Shown: piece after piece, positions 13,446 through 24,530 of the stretch | How the letters are laid out: every line of letters begins with the position of its first letter | Position numbering within the stretch: the stretch's first letter is position 1 | DNA from: Cetorhinus maximus | Taxonomy: Eukaryota | Length of the DNA: 64,000 bases | Reading direction: 5' to 3' | Assembly (NCBI RefSeq): GCF_964194155.1 | Contig: NC_135903.1 | Span: 1,054,001 to 1,118,000 of the forward strand | Notes under the pieces: model-generated | What the model saw: the letters and a program-made list of their open reading frames with translations, nothing else | What the model was told of the DNA's origin: nothing | Database searches by the model: none | Program-made: the position numbers and the translations under genes

Positions 13446-14163
13446 AGAGCTTAAGAACAACCTTGCCATTACTACTTTATACTGTAATGCAAAACTCAGA
13501 CCAGTGCCACTGTTAAAATCAATATCTGCATTGGTTTTACTGAATGCAGAAACAAGATTTGTTGCTGAGAGTGTTGATTTGGAGCTTTTCAGGTTTGTTA
13601 TTTGTCGAGCTGATCAATGTGAATGCCTCATGGAAGCTGCTGACCTGTCTGCCATAAAGCTTTTTGCCAAAGTCAGAATTGTGACCTGCGTAAAAATTGC
13701 AGTTCCATTATTTATGAAATGGTAGCTTGTTTCCTTTCACTGTGTTCTGGCTGCCAGTTGTTAGATATCAAAAACCACTTCCTTCCATTGATTTTAAAAT
13801 ATTAACAGCAGGAAGCTGCAGAGTATTTGGAGTATTGAACCTTGCAGAGTTGTACAGTGGCTCTGGTGCCTGATGTATTTGTAGCAAATTGATCTCAATA
13901 CAGGAAACATATGCCAGTTGTACACAATCTCATGCCTAAAGGGATTGAAATGAAATTGGCAATCACATGTTAGCATGGACTGGATGGCACAGAGAGATAA
14001 ATTTGGGGAGCGGGAAGTGGAGAGTGACAGACTATAAGAAAGGAGCCAGCAAGTTAATACCATTATGCTTTAGGGAATTTGACCCTAGGACTAAAAATTG
14101 GGTCGTGCCCATTTTTTGGGGTGTGCTTATGGGTCTTTGCAGTAATTATGTTTTTTTTTAGTG

Positions 14164-14372
14164 TGTAATGTATCTTAAAGGAAAGATCACATGATCTATA
14201 GTAACTAATAGGAGAGCAGCGCGGGCTACCTCTAGACGGTTTAGAGGTAGAGATGGAGTTGGAAGCACATGTAGTTGCTGCTGAGTATATTGTAAATAAA
14301 CAATGTTTCCACTTAAGAAGTGTCTGCAGATCAACCCTATTACTAATAGTGCAACTCGGCCACCCTACAACA
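14164..14372 (+). mobile_element. Putative small solo LTR
   Basis: TGTAA...TACAACA termini, internal AATAAA; shares CACATGA, GGAGTTGG and the terminal TACAACA with 36471-36736; TSD not clean. Confidence 0.45.
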
Positions 14373-14759
14373 GGCGTGTTGAGGTGGGTGGTTGCACATG
14401 TGAGATCCATCAAATTGACTAGCCATGGGGAACAGTGCAAAGCACAATCAGAGATTAGGCTCCTGTTGCTGTTCTTTGGCCCCTCTGGGCAAAATCAATC
14501 TGGGCAAACCAGGCATTGGGCCTTTTATTTCACATACAAAAAGAATAGCAGCAATTTCAGGCGTGGGCACTTCAAGCTGATACTGTGACCTTTAGCAACA
14601 TGACAGATACCGTACTTCCGGCTTATAATACGCATGCTGTTTTCTCCATCTATGTTTGAGGCTTGGGCAGCTGAACAGCGCCTGAAAAATGTAACTCTGT
14701 CATGAGTAAGCTAAATAAAAAAATGTATATAATTTAAGCACATATTTTTGATTTACATG

Positions 14760-15165
14760 ATTTACCAGAATGGTTCCAGGGATGAGCGATTTTAGCTACA
14801 AGGTTGGAGAAGCTGGGGCTGTTCTCCTTGGGGCAAAGGTTATTGACTAGAGATTTGATAGCGGTGCACAGATTATGACAGGTTTAGATAAGGTAGTCAA
14901 AGTAAAACTGTTCCCATTAGTTGATGGTACAAGGACTAGGGGCACATAGGTTTTAGGCAGGAAGCGGAGGGGGGATGTGAGGAAGAACTTCTTTACGCAG
15001 CGAATGGTCATGACTTGAAACCCACTGTCTATGAGGATGGTGAAAACAGGTGATGAATGACTTCAAAAGAGCACTTGCAGGGCTACTGAGATAGAGCAAT
15101 GGAATGGGACTGATTGGACAGCATGAGCATGATGGGCTGAAAGATTACCTCTTACGCTGTAATGA
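14760..15165 (+). mobile_element. CR1 LINE 3' fragment
   Basis: Degenerate ORF2 C-terminus (FTRMVPG, TRGH, RKNFFTQR) followed by the 3' UTR. Confidence 0.8.
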
Positions 15166-15487
15166 CAATGACACTCCCATTTCCCTAGGAAATTCTAGCA
15201 CCCAAAGTAATATTTAAAGTAGTGACTTAGCATATTTTTGGAGTAGGGTCATGCAAGGTGATGCATGTTAGTGTAAGTCAAGTAGCTAATGGCAACTGCA
15301 CAAGCTTACAGAAGTCTAGGGATGCTGCTAAACAAAGGTGTCAAGTCTTAATATGGGTTAGTTATTATAAAGTTGCACATTTTTGTAAGCCAGTTTTTGT
15401 AAGTCATTATACCATACTTGTATTATAAGAAAAATATGTGAAGATTGTGTAAAAGACAAGATGTTTAATGAACACCAACATTTGTGA

Positions 15488-16680
15488 CAAAAACAAAAAT
15501 TGCTGGAAAAACCCAGAAGGTCTGACAGCATCTGTGGAGAGGAAGACAGAGTTAATGTTTCGAGTCCGAATGACTCTTCATCAGAACTAAAGAGAAATAG
15601 AAATGTGGTGAAATATAATCTGTTTAAGGGGGGTGGGACAGGTGGAGCTGGATTGAAGGCCGGTGATAGGTGGAGGCAAAGTAGAGATTGCCAAAGATGT
15701 CATAAACAAAAGGACAAAGGGGTGTTGATGGTGGTGATACTGGCTAAAGGAGGTGCTAATGGTGACATTAAGGGTAGAAAGCAGGATGAGCAAGTGACAG
15801 ATAGCCCTAGTGGGGGTGGGGTGGGGGGAAGGGATCGAAATAGGCTAAAAGGTGGAGATAAAACAATGGATGGAAATAAATTTTAAAAATAATAATAGAA
15901 ATAGGTGGGAAAATAAAAATATATAATAATTATTAGAAAAAAAGGGGATGAAAAAGGGGGTGAGGATGAAGGAGAGACATCATGATCTGAAGTTGTTGAA
16001 CTCAATATTCAGTCCGGAAGGCTGTAAAGTGCCTAGTCGGAAGATGAGGTGCTGTTCCTCCAGTTTGCGTTGAGCTTCACTGGAACATTGCAGCAGGCCA
16101 AGGATGGACATGTGGGCATGAGAGCAGGGTGGAGTGTTGAAATGGCAAGTGACAGGGAGGTCTGGGTCATGCTTGCGGACAGACCGAAGGTGTTCCGCAA
16201 AGTGGTCACCCAGTCTGCGTTTGGTCTTTCCAATGTAGAGGAGACAGCACTGGGAGCAGCGAATGCAGTAGACTAAATTGAGGGAAGTGCAAATGAAATG
16301 CTGCTTCACTTGAAAGGAGTGTTTGGGCCCTTGGACGGTGAGGAGGGGGGAAGTAAAGGGGCAGGTGTGGCACCTTCTGTGGTTGCATGGGAAGGTGCCG
16401 TGGGAGGGGGTTGAGGTGTAGGGGGTGATGGAGGAGTGGACCAGGGTGTCCCAAAGGGAACAGTCCCTATGGAATGCCGACAGGGAGGTGAAGGGAAGAT
16501 GTTATTTGGTGGAGGCATCATGCTGGAGTTGGCAGAAATGGCAGAGGATGATCCTTTGAACACAAAGGCTGTTGGGGTGATAAGTGAGGACAAGGGGGAT
16601 CCTATCATGGTTCTAGGAGGGAGAGGAAGGTGTGAGGGCGGATGCGCGGGAGATGGGCCGGACATGGTTGAGGGCCCTGT
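15488..16680 (-). mobile_element. Penelope-like element (Neptune-type), 5'-truncated, with GIY-YIG endonuclease
   Basis: ORF 15980-16309 LVYCIRC..C..LYIG.T...RL....EH...PSGLN; upstream Cys motif GTFPCNHRRCHTC; flanked by the 12-bp direct repeat CAACATTTGTGA (15476-15487, 16681-16692). Confidence 0.92.
15545..15587 (-). ncRNA. Minimal type I hammerhead ribozyme core in the Penelope terminal repeat
   Basis: Minus strand: CTGATGA-A-GAGTC-ATTCG-GACTC-GAAACA-TTAACTC-TGTC; conserved core, 5-bp helix II, 3-bp helix III, GUC site; helix I not clearly seen. Confidence 0.7.
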
Positions 16681-18075
16681 CAACATTTGTGAACCTTGTA
16701 CATCCATATGAATCAGAATTAGAGCCAACATTTGGCCCAGTGCTATGTTTTGTTTTTAAATGAACTGTTTAAGCACAATTTGAGTTCCTTTCATTATCTA
16801 ATGAAGATGACTGTTTGAATTCCCTCACTAGATGAATGGTACCAGTTCTTCGCTGGGCTGTTCAGTGAGCAGTGGAGAAAAAGGGAGGAAGATAAATTCC
16901 CCAGGCTCTCTGTTCTCCTTCCATTCAGTCTGCACACAGCAGCACACTTTTAATGATGACCTATGGAGTGCAAATGTAGAGAAGACCACAGCGCAAGCAT
17001 TCCCAGGCCTACAGCTGTCGGAAGAAATGCATTCATATGGACCATGGGAGTTCAGCAGGAATATGAATAAATAAAACAGTCAGTCTGGGGGACTGTGTGT
17101 ACCACAGTGAGTCACAAATGCTGTTAAGATATGTTAATGGTGATTTCATTTAAATCAATTGTTCTATAGTTCAGGTGCAAAATGCAGTTGATTAAAAGGC
17201 TTCCATTTTCATCGTTGAAAAAATGCTAATTGTTATTAAAGCACCTCTTTATAAATATTAATATTAATGAGGTATTAAATCTAATGTTGGTATACTTTAT
17301 CCGGATTGCACTTTGTCTCTATTGATGCGCATATAACTTGTGGAAATAACCTGCATTTTACTTGGAGTTTCCTTTGCCATTCAGTTTGCCAATGAATTAT
17401 TTCAAATTTAGTTATGGATCAAGTGATGGAGGGGCAGTAAATAATTCCTTCACATTCAGCCTCTCATTCTGTTTCAACCCTTTCTCCTTTGACCTCAGAA
17501 ATTTTAGAATGAGCTCAAATTAAATTCAATGATTAAAGGATTATGGAATCTGTTAAGAAAGACATGGGTATGGTGTGGTGACTGACAGGGCCATTGTATT
17601 GTGTCACGCAGGGCTAAGGCACAACTATGGGGATAGGTGGAAGAATGGCACCTCCTGATACAGTGACTGACCTTATCTATGCCTCTGTTTTTCAATGATT
17701 CATCTCTGGGTGAAGATCTCATCCATGTGCTCTTTTCCTCTTGTGTATTTGTGCCACTTTCCAACAGGCGTCTCTATAAAGGGTCCATTTATAAATGGAG
17801 CATTGAGAATAATAATCCTGAGGCTATGGGCTGGGGCGACCCCGGCAGATTCACTGTTTGAGGTTGTCTGGGTGCCAGTCCTGTGTTTAGTTGAATCAAA
17901 AGGGGCAAAACATCACAAAGCCCAAGGAGGATATCAAAATCAAACAAAAAAAAAAGCAGTTTGCAAATGTAACAGAGTTTACCAAGATGCTGAGCGCTGT
18001 TCCATGTCACAATGCGTTGCTGAACCAGCTCCCTGCACCATTGATTAGCTTGTTTTGAAGCTTTCATTTTCCCAC

Positions 18076-18166
18076 ATGGAGCTGTCGCTGTCAAAAGGAG
18101 GCGGCAAACGGAAACAAGTAACTTCCCTAGAGGAACAGATGAAAATTGTGAAGGGAATCAACCTGG
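18076..18166 (+). CDS. Candidate short first coding exon of an unidentified host gene (MELSLSKGGGKRKQVTSLEEQMKIVKGINL, phase 1)
   Basis: ATGG start, 30 open codons, donor TGG|GTACGT; lies in about 2 kb without recognisable transposons; no downstream exon identified. Confidence 0.35.
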
Positions 18167-18633
18167 GTACGTGTTTCCTGGTGGCCAGTTGACGAGTAGA
18201 ATTTGCCCTAGGGGACAGGTTGGCTGCCTGTTCATCCTCTCAAATGGGCAATTGTGTATGGTGGGGGGGTGGGGGGGTGGGGGGCAGGGAATAACTTGGT
18301 GAAGGGAAAGAAAAAAATAGTAAGGAACTTGGAGAGATCCTCTTCAGAGAGAGGGCAGCCTCTAGACGCTGTTGTGGCATTTCAGCTAGTTGTAGAGTTA
18401 CTTGACATCTGGAACAGCAATTGGGAAACAAACTGTGAATGCCAACACAATTATTCATTCCATTTTCAGCAGGGAAGGTGAGAGTCACTATGACTGGGGC
18501 TGTGGGACTCGCCAATCTTTTTTTCCCTATTAAGGTATTTATTAAATTGCTAATCATGTGGAGGATTTAAATTTGGAGAATTTAATGGATCTTCAGCGAT
18601 AAGGTGGGGTGAGTTGAGCGTGAAAGAGGTGTT

Positions 18634-18648
18634 TGTGTGTGTGTGTGT
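18634..18648. repeat. (TG)n microsatellite
   Basis: About 7 TG units. Confidence 0.8.
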
Positions 18649-18854
18649 ACGTGTGTACATGCAATTGAGAGATTGCAGGTCTGTGGTAAGTAAGATTGTT
18701 TTAATGAGCCATAATTTTGTCGTTGCTGGCAGCAAGTAGAAATTGTCAGAGTAGTTAATTAGATTGAGGTCATTAAACACTTAAGAAACACAAAATCCAG
18801 AGACTGAAAGACAAGTAAACACAGACTGAATTAGATTTTAAATGGAGCGAGGCA

Positions 18855-18970
18855 CAACAACAACTTAGATTTATATAGTGCTTTTAACACAGTAAACTGT
18901 CCCAAGGTGCTTCAACTGAGTGTGATCAAACAAAATTTGACACCAAGCTACGTAAGGGGGTTTTGGGATA
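18855..18970 (-). mobile_element. L2-like LINE 3' end fragment
   Basis: ACAACAACTTAGATTTATATAGTGC...GTCCCAAGGTGCTTCA; same family as 35080-35290; tail related to the Deu-SINE tail. Confidence 0.55.
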
Positions 18971-19474
18971 AATTGTACAGATTAACCTGCAGGAAAGTGG
19001 AGTCGCACCTACTTCCCTTCATGTCCCATTCATGATTCTGCTCCTTTTGATCATGTAGGATATGAAACTATAAAAATATTGGCCTTGTTCAAAACGCAAG
19101 GACATTGTTATGGGGACATCAGCACCTCACCACCGGACAATGATGCTTATAGAACATCTGCACAGTCCCTTGAACGTCATTGATGAACTTGAATTAAATT
19201 ATCAAGCATGTGTCTTGGATACAGAAAGCAATTTTTTATAATGCACATGGGAATAAAAATCCTGCTCTGAAACTTGTTAGATACCACCTAGCATCTTTTA
19301 CTGGCTCTATTAGGTGGTGACTTCTCTGAAGTAAAATGACTTGGAGTTTTTTTTTAAAAGGTGCAAGAATTCTTTATGAGAGTATTAAAATTATGAGACT
19401 GCAATTAAAGATGCTTAAAGGAAACCAATAAAAACCAGCCATGCTTCAAATAAACTGGGGGAATAGTGTTTGGA

Positions 19475-19849
19475 TTTTTTTTGTATTTGTTCATGGGATG
19501 TGGGTGCCATTGGCTAGGCCAACATTTGTTGCCCATCCCTAATTGCCCTTGAACTGAGTGGCTTGCTAGGCCATTTCAGAGGGCATCTAAGAGTCAACCA
19601 CATTGCTTTGGGTCTGGAGCCACATGTAGGGCAGACCAGGGAAGGACAGCAGGTTCCCCTCCCTAAAGGGCATTGTGAACCAAATGGATTTTACTGACAA
19701 TCAACAATGGTTTCATTAGACTTTTAATTCCCGATTTTCATTGAATTCAAATTCCACCATCTGCCATGGTGGGATTCAATCCCCTGAGTATTACCCTGGG
19801 TTTCTGGATTACCAGTCCAGTGACAATAGCGCTACGCCACCACTTCCCC
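19475..19849 (-). mobile_element. tRNA-derived SINE family B, near full length
   Basis: Minus strand begins GGGGAAGTGGTGGCGTAGCG (A-box-like), has TTGAATCCC (B-box-like) and ends with the LINE family A tail; collinear with 45097-45469. Confidence 0.85.
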
Positions 19850-19989
19850 TCAAACAATAAATCTGCATTCACAAGATGATTACTCATGAGGAAGACCAAT
19901 GGGCCCCTCTAAACTCCGACATCTGGAAAGATCACAAAGTCTCGTCATTTGTACCATCTGATTTGTCTCCATCCTTCCACCTGGAAGAG

Positions 19990-20700
19990 ACTATTCCATA
20001 TATTGATCACTTTGTGAAAATAGTTTCCTGATATCAACCCCAAAGTTACCTTGTACTAGTTTGAAATTGTGTTCCCTTGTGCTACTCTAACAATTTATCT
20101 TTGATTTATTTTTTCCCCATATTCTGGTAACTATCTTCTATACCTCTGCAAGTTCCACCTTACCAGCCACAAAAGCTCTAGTTTTTCCCATCATTCCTCA
20201 TAACTCAGACCTTCGATGCTGGAGATCAGACTTGTGTCTCTTCTTCAAATTGCCTCCGGCATTTAAATGCTTCTATTGTGTCACAGTGATCGGAACAGGA
20301 TGCAATACTCAAGGTGCAGTCTGACCAGTACACTGTACAGCTTCATGATTTATATTCTATTGTTATTTCTTTCTCTATAGCTGAATGTTCGGTTGGCTTT
20401 GTTTGCTGCATTCATGGTTTGGATGTTTAGTCTACAAAGACTCCTCCATTTCCTTCAACCTAATCCTTAGCTGTATTGCCTATTTTTCTTTCTTTGCAAT
20501 TGGTCTGCATTAGATTTCACCTATCACTGCCTTCCAACTTTGAGCATTCTCTTCTGATTCCACTTCCCATTTGTAGGAATTTGCATTGAGTGTCTGGATC
20601 CAGGCCATTAAAGTAATTTGGAAATAGTTGTGTTCTACCCTTCAACCAAATTCACGTTTACTCACGGAGTTTACCCTGAATCCCCGTAGCTTTGAGTGTA
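19990..20700 (-). mobile_element. Old, decayed CR1-type LINE fragments
   Basis: Patches such as GATGCAATACTCAAGGTGCAGTCTGACCAG (reverse: LVRLHLEYCI). Confidence 0.45.
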
Positions 20701-20788
20701 ACTAATATACTAAACCTTTATACATCACTGGTTAGGCCTCAGCTGGGGCATTGTGTACAGTTCTGGGCATCATGCTTTCAGTCAGATG

Positions 20789-21148
20789 TAGGGTTGCCAA
20801 CCTTCCAGGATTAGCCTGGAGTCTCCAGGAATTGAAGATCAAACTCCAGGGCAGTGCTGTGTGCAACCCTGGAGAAAAATCATTGGGACATTAAAAATGA
20901 TTTTTTTTTTGTCATTTTCTTTGAATATTTCTCTTTACCAGCTATAAAAGCATTGAAAATGGGAAATAAAAGGCTGTTTGGCCAACAGTCAACACTCAAT
21001 TAGGTAATGAGTCTTTTTGCTTTCCAATTGGTATAGGAAGGCAGTGCGTCACAAGGATGGATGTGTTGGCCAACTAATGGCACGAGCGTGAGGGCAAGTC
21101 ACGTGATGAAACCTCTATGAATACATTTAATCACTGTTGGCAACCCTA
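20789..21148. mobile_element. hAT-type MITE
   Basis: Perfect 13-bp TIR TAGGGTTGCCAAC / GTTGGCAACCCTA; flanks GTCAGATG vs GTGCAATG (5/8, degenerate 8-bp TSD); interrupts the CR1. Confidence 0.8.
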
Positions 21149-21360
21149 GTGCAATGTCAAGGTCTTAAAGAGGGTGCAGAAGAGATTTAATAGGATGATC
21201 CCAGGGCTGAGGAACTTCAGTTATGTGGAAATATTGAAGAAGCTGGGATTATTCTCCTTGGAGCAGAAAGGTTTAGAGGAGATTCAAAATTATGAATAAT
21301 GTGTTCAAAATCATGAATGGTTCTGAAAGAATAAATGAGGAAAATCTGCATTCAGTGGTA

Positions 21361-22235
21361 TAAGTATAGGTAACCAGAGGGACACAGATTTAAGTATAGG
21401 TAACCAGAGGGACACAGATTTAAGTATAGGTAACCAGAGGGATACAGATTTAAGTATAGGTAACCAGAGGGACACAGATTTAAGTATAGGTAACCAGAGG
21501 GATACAGATTTAAGTATAGATAACCAGAGGGACACAGATTTAAGTATAGGTAACCAGAGGGATACAGATTTAAGTATAGGTAACCAGAGGGACACAGATT
21601 TAAGTATAGGTAACCAGAGGGACACAGATTTAAGTATAGGTAACCAGAGGGATACAGATTTAAGTATAGGTAACCAGAGGGACACAGATTTAAGTATAGG
21701 TAACCAGAGGGACACAGATTTAAGTATAGGTAACCAGAGGGACACAGATTTAAGTATAGGTAACCAGAGGGATACAGATTTAAGTATAGGTAACCAGAGG
21801 GATACAGATTTAAGTATAGGTAACCAGAGGGACACAGATTTAAGTATAGGTAACCAGAGGGACACAGATTTAAGTATAGGTAACCAGAGGGACACAGATT
21901 TAAGTATAGGTAACCAGAGGGATACAGATTTAAGTATAGGTAACCAGAGGGACACAGATTTAAGTATAGGTAACCAGAGGGATACAGATTTAAGTATAGG
22001 TAACCAGAGGGACACAGATTTAAGTATAGGTAACCAGAGGGACACAGATTTAAGTATAGGTAACCAGAGGGACACAGATTTAAGTATAGGTAACCAGAGG
22101 GACACAGATTTAAGTATAGGTAACCAGAGGGACACAGATTTAAGTATAGGTAACCAGAGGGACACAGATTTAAGTATAGGTAACCAGAGGGACACAGATT
22201 TAAGTATAGGTAACCAGAGGGGACACAGATTTAAG
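21361..22235. repeat. 30-bp minisatellite, 29 copies
   Basis: Unit TAAGTATAGGTAACCAGAGGGA(C/T)ACAGATT; 28 units fill 21361-22200, then a 31-bp unit; 8 units carry T; one G>A change in unit 6. Confidence 0.99.
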
Positions 22236-22494
22236 AAAATTGGCAAAAAGAAAATGAGTGTCAAGGGGAGAGCATTTTTTTAGGTCGTGTGTTGTAACCT
22301 GGAATTGAAAAGGTGGTGGAAGCAGATTCAATAATAACTTCCAAAAGGGAATTTGATAAATACTTGAAGGGAAAACATTTACAGGACTTTGAGTATAAAG
22401 CAGATGAGTGGGACTAATTGAGTAACTTTATCAAAGAACAAGCAGAGAGATAATGAACAGAATTGCTTCCCTGTGCTGTGTCATTTAAAAAATG

Positions 22495-22782
22495 TTTTTG
22501 ATGGGATTTGGGTGAGCATTTGTTACCCATCCCTAATTGCCCTTGAATTGAATGGCTTATTTCAGAGGACAGTTAAGAGTCAACCACATTGCTGTGGATC
22601 TGGAGTCACACGTAGGCCAGACCAAGCAAGGATGGCAAAGTTCTATCACTAAAGGGCATTAGTGAACCAAATAGGTTTTTAGGACAATCAATGATTTATT
22701 AATTGAATTTAAATTCCACCAGCTGCTGTGGTGGGATTTGAACCCATGTCCCCAGGGCATTACCCTAGGTCTCTGGATTACC
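22495..22782 (-). mobile_element. SINE family B, partial
   Basis: Collinear with 45097-45430. Confidence 0.8.
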
Positions 22783-23059
22783 TTGTAAAAGCCTATCGTG
22801 TGGATCTTGGTCAATTTCTTTTGCAAATCCAGGTAGAACAATATTTTTAGTATTTCCATGGACCAGCAAGGTGTAATTTCCTCAATGTTCAGGAGCCTGG
22901 TCAGACAGAAATTTTTCCTCTGAATCCATGTTGAGTGCTGTATTCTAAGTTATTATTGTACAGATAATGCTGAAGATAGATTTTGTTACCTTCCACGATG
23001 GATGTGTTAGTTACCCGTGATTGTCTCATCACCCTTTCTGATGAATATTGATCATTATT

Positions 23060-23230
23060 AATTCCCTCAAACAACGTCATTGAATTGCTATATCTGGTCA
23101 TTATCTCATTGCTACTTGCTGCGTGCAAATTGGCTGATGCATTTCCTATATTTCAAAACTACTTTGTTGGCTGGAATATGCTTTGAGATATCCTGAGGTT
23201 GTGAAAGAGGCTATGTAAGTGCAAGCGCTT
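23060..23230 (+). mobile_element. Deu-domain SINE 3' part
   Basis: GTGCAAATTGGCTG...CCTGAGGTTGTGAAAG...GCTATGTAAGTGCAAG tail. Confidence 0.7.
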
Positions 23231-24162
23231 TGATGTATAATTAAGGCCTTTATTGGCTGTAACTATGCTTCTCTTCCTTTTGTCCTGTTATACTCGAGTC
23301 CTAGCTTTGAAATCATTTCTTTGAGTTGGATGGAATGCTATAAGGAAATATGAAACATTGCACCCTATTGGTTAATTGGCCTTCATCATTATTTATAAAC
23401 TCTTCAGTTCTTTTTTTGAAATTCACAGGAAACACATAAGTTATGAGAATATCTGAAGGGTAATGTGGCTGGAAAGGGTTCCGTTTCATCACAGTTGCAT
23501 TTATACAGGGCAGTGTCAACATTGCAGATTTGTCTCAAAAGATGTATTAGGATGTTATTGCTAGAAGAGGCTTCACTGTTGTTTTCAGTAAAAACAGAGA
23601 TCCTCAGCTTCTAAACGCACTGCTGGGATCGGGAGGGAAGGATGTGCAACATAGTGAGACATTCAACATGGCAGCTGAGCTGCAAAGCAATCTGCTCAGG
23701 AGTTGAGCCTGTAGGGTTCAGACCTAATGCATGAACATACGGCAGAAGCCCTGTGGCACTCAGCTATTCTGCCAGCGTCTCTGAGTCACAGGATTAAGAA
23801 AGAAATTCTCAGAGCAGTTCTACTATTAACTCTCACTTTGAGGTTACAGTAAATTCAGAGATAGACAATAAAGTAGGTTTGCTTGAAATTAGAATGGTGA
23901 CCTCATTTTTTAAGGCTTCCTTTAACCCTGTGTCAGCAGCTTAAGGTCAGTTGTGTCTATTTGTGAATTCATGTGAATCATTGAGATCACCTGAATATGT
24001 TGTTTTAAAATGTTTGTGTATTTGGCCCAAAAGCTACAGGCCACTGGAAAACGAATGCAGTTACTGTGTGGACCTCGTGATCAGAGCCAACAATTATTAC
24101 ACTATAGCAACAGCCCATTTGGTCCAAGAACTCTGCTGACATTTTTCTTCACATGAACCAAT

Positions 24163-24470
24163 GGGGCCAGATTTTCATGCCTCTGTCCATGTTGAAATGG
24201 TGGTGGAAGGGTTTTAAAAATGACGGGTAGGGCTGGATTTTGGGATTTCCACCCCCGTTCCTGCTTCTGGCAATTTTTGCCAGCGTGTGATGCGGGTATG
24301 GATAGCGAGCCCAAACACAGCACCCACACCCTTCCTGGCTTCATTGGGATGGGCACTTCCAACACCTCGCAATTTTGGAGTCTGGCTGGTTTTTCCAGGA
24401 GATGTGGTTCACAGCTTCGCAGAAGAGTCATGAACCATGGGGAGACCCTAGTCAGGAATAGGGAACCAAA
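24163..24470. mobile_element. Probable Harbinger-type MITE fragment
   Basis: Starts GGGGCCAGATTTTC, similar to the other GGGC-type TIRs; GC-rich interior; no partner TIR found. Confidence 0.4.
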
Positions 24471-24530
24471 AAAACAAGCAGGCATTCAACATTCCCTTTG
24501 AAAAACCTTTTCTCCTCTTACCTTCTCATA

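Larger units (their letters stand above)
20705..22485 (+). mobile_element. CR1 LINE 3' fragment hosting a hAT MITE and a minisatellite
   Basis: LYTSLVRPQLGHCVQFW, RVQKRFNRMIPG, then the TRGHRFK region expanded into the array, then the 3' UTR. Confidence 0.82.

Noticed and set aside
13354-13725. 123-aa ORF
   Set aside because: Starts at TTG within a CR1 remnant; no recognisable domain or convincing splice context.
15980-16309. Stand-alone GIY-YIG homing endonuclease gene
   Set aside because: It is the C-terminal domain of a 5'-truncated Penelope ORF, with similar copies at 31856 and 60300.
21361-22235. CRISPR-like array of 30-bp repeats
   Set aside because: Units are head-to-tail with no unique spacers, no cas genes are present, and the unit derives from CR1 sequence.
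21311-22264. 317-aa ORF (LKSVSLWLPI)n as a real protein
   Set aside because: A by-product of a stop-free 30-bp repeat, antisense to the host CR1, with no ATG start or gene structure.
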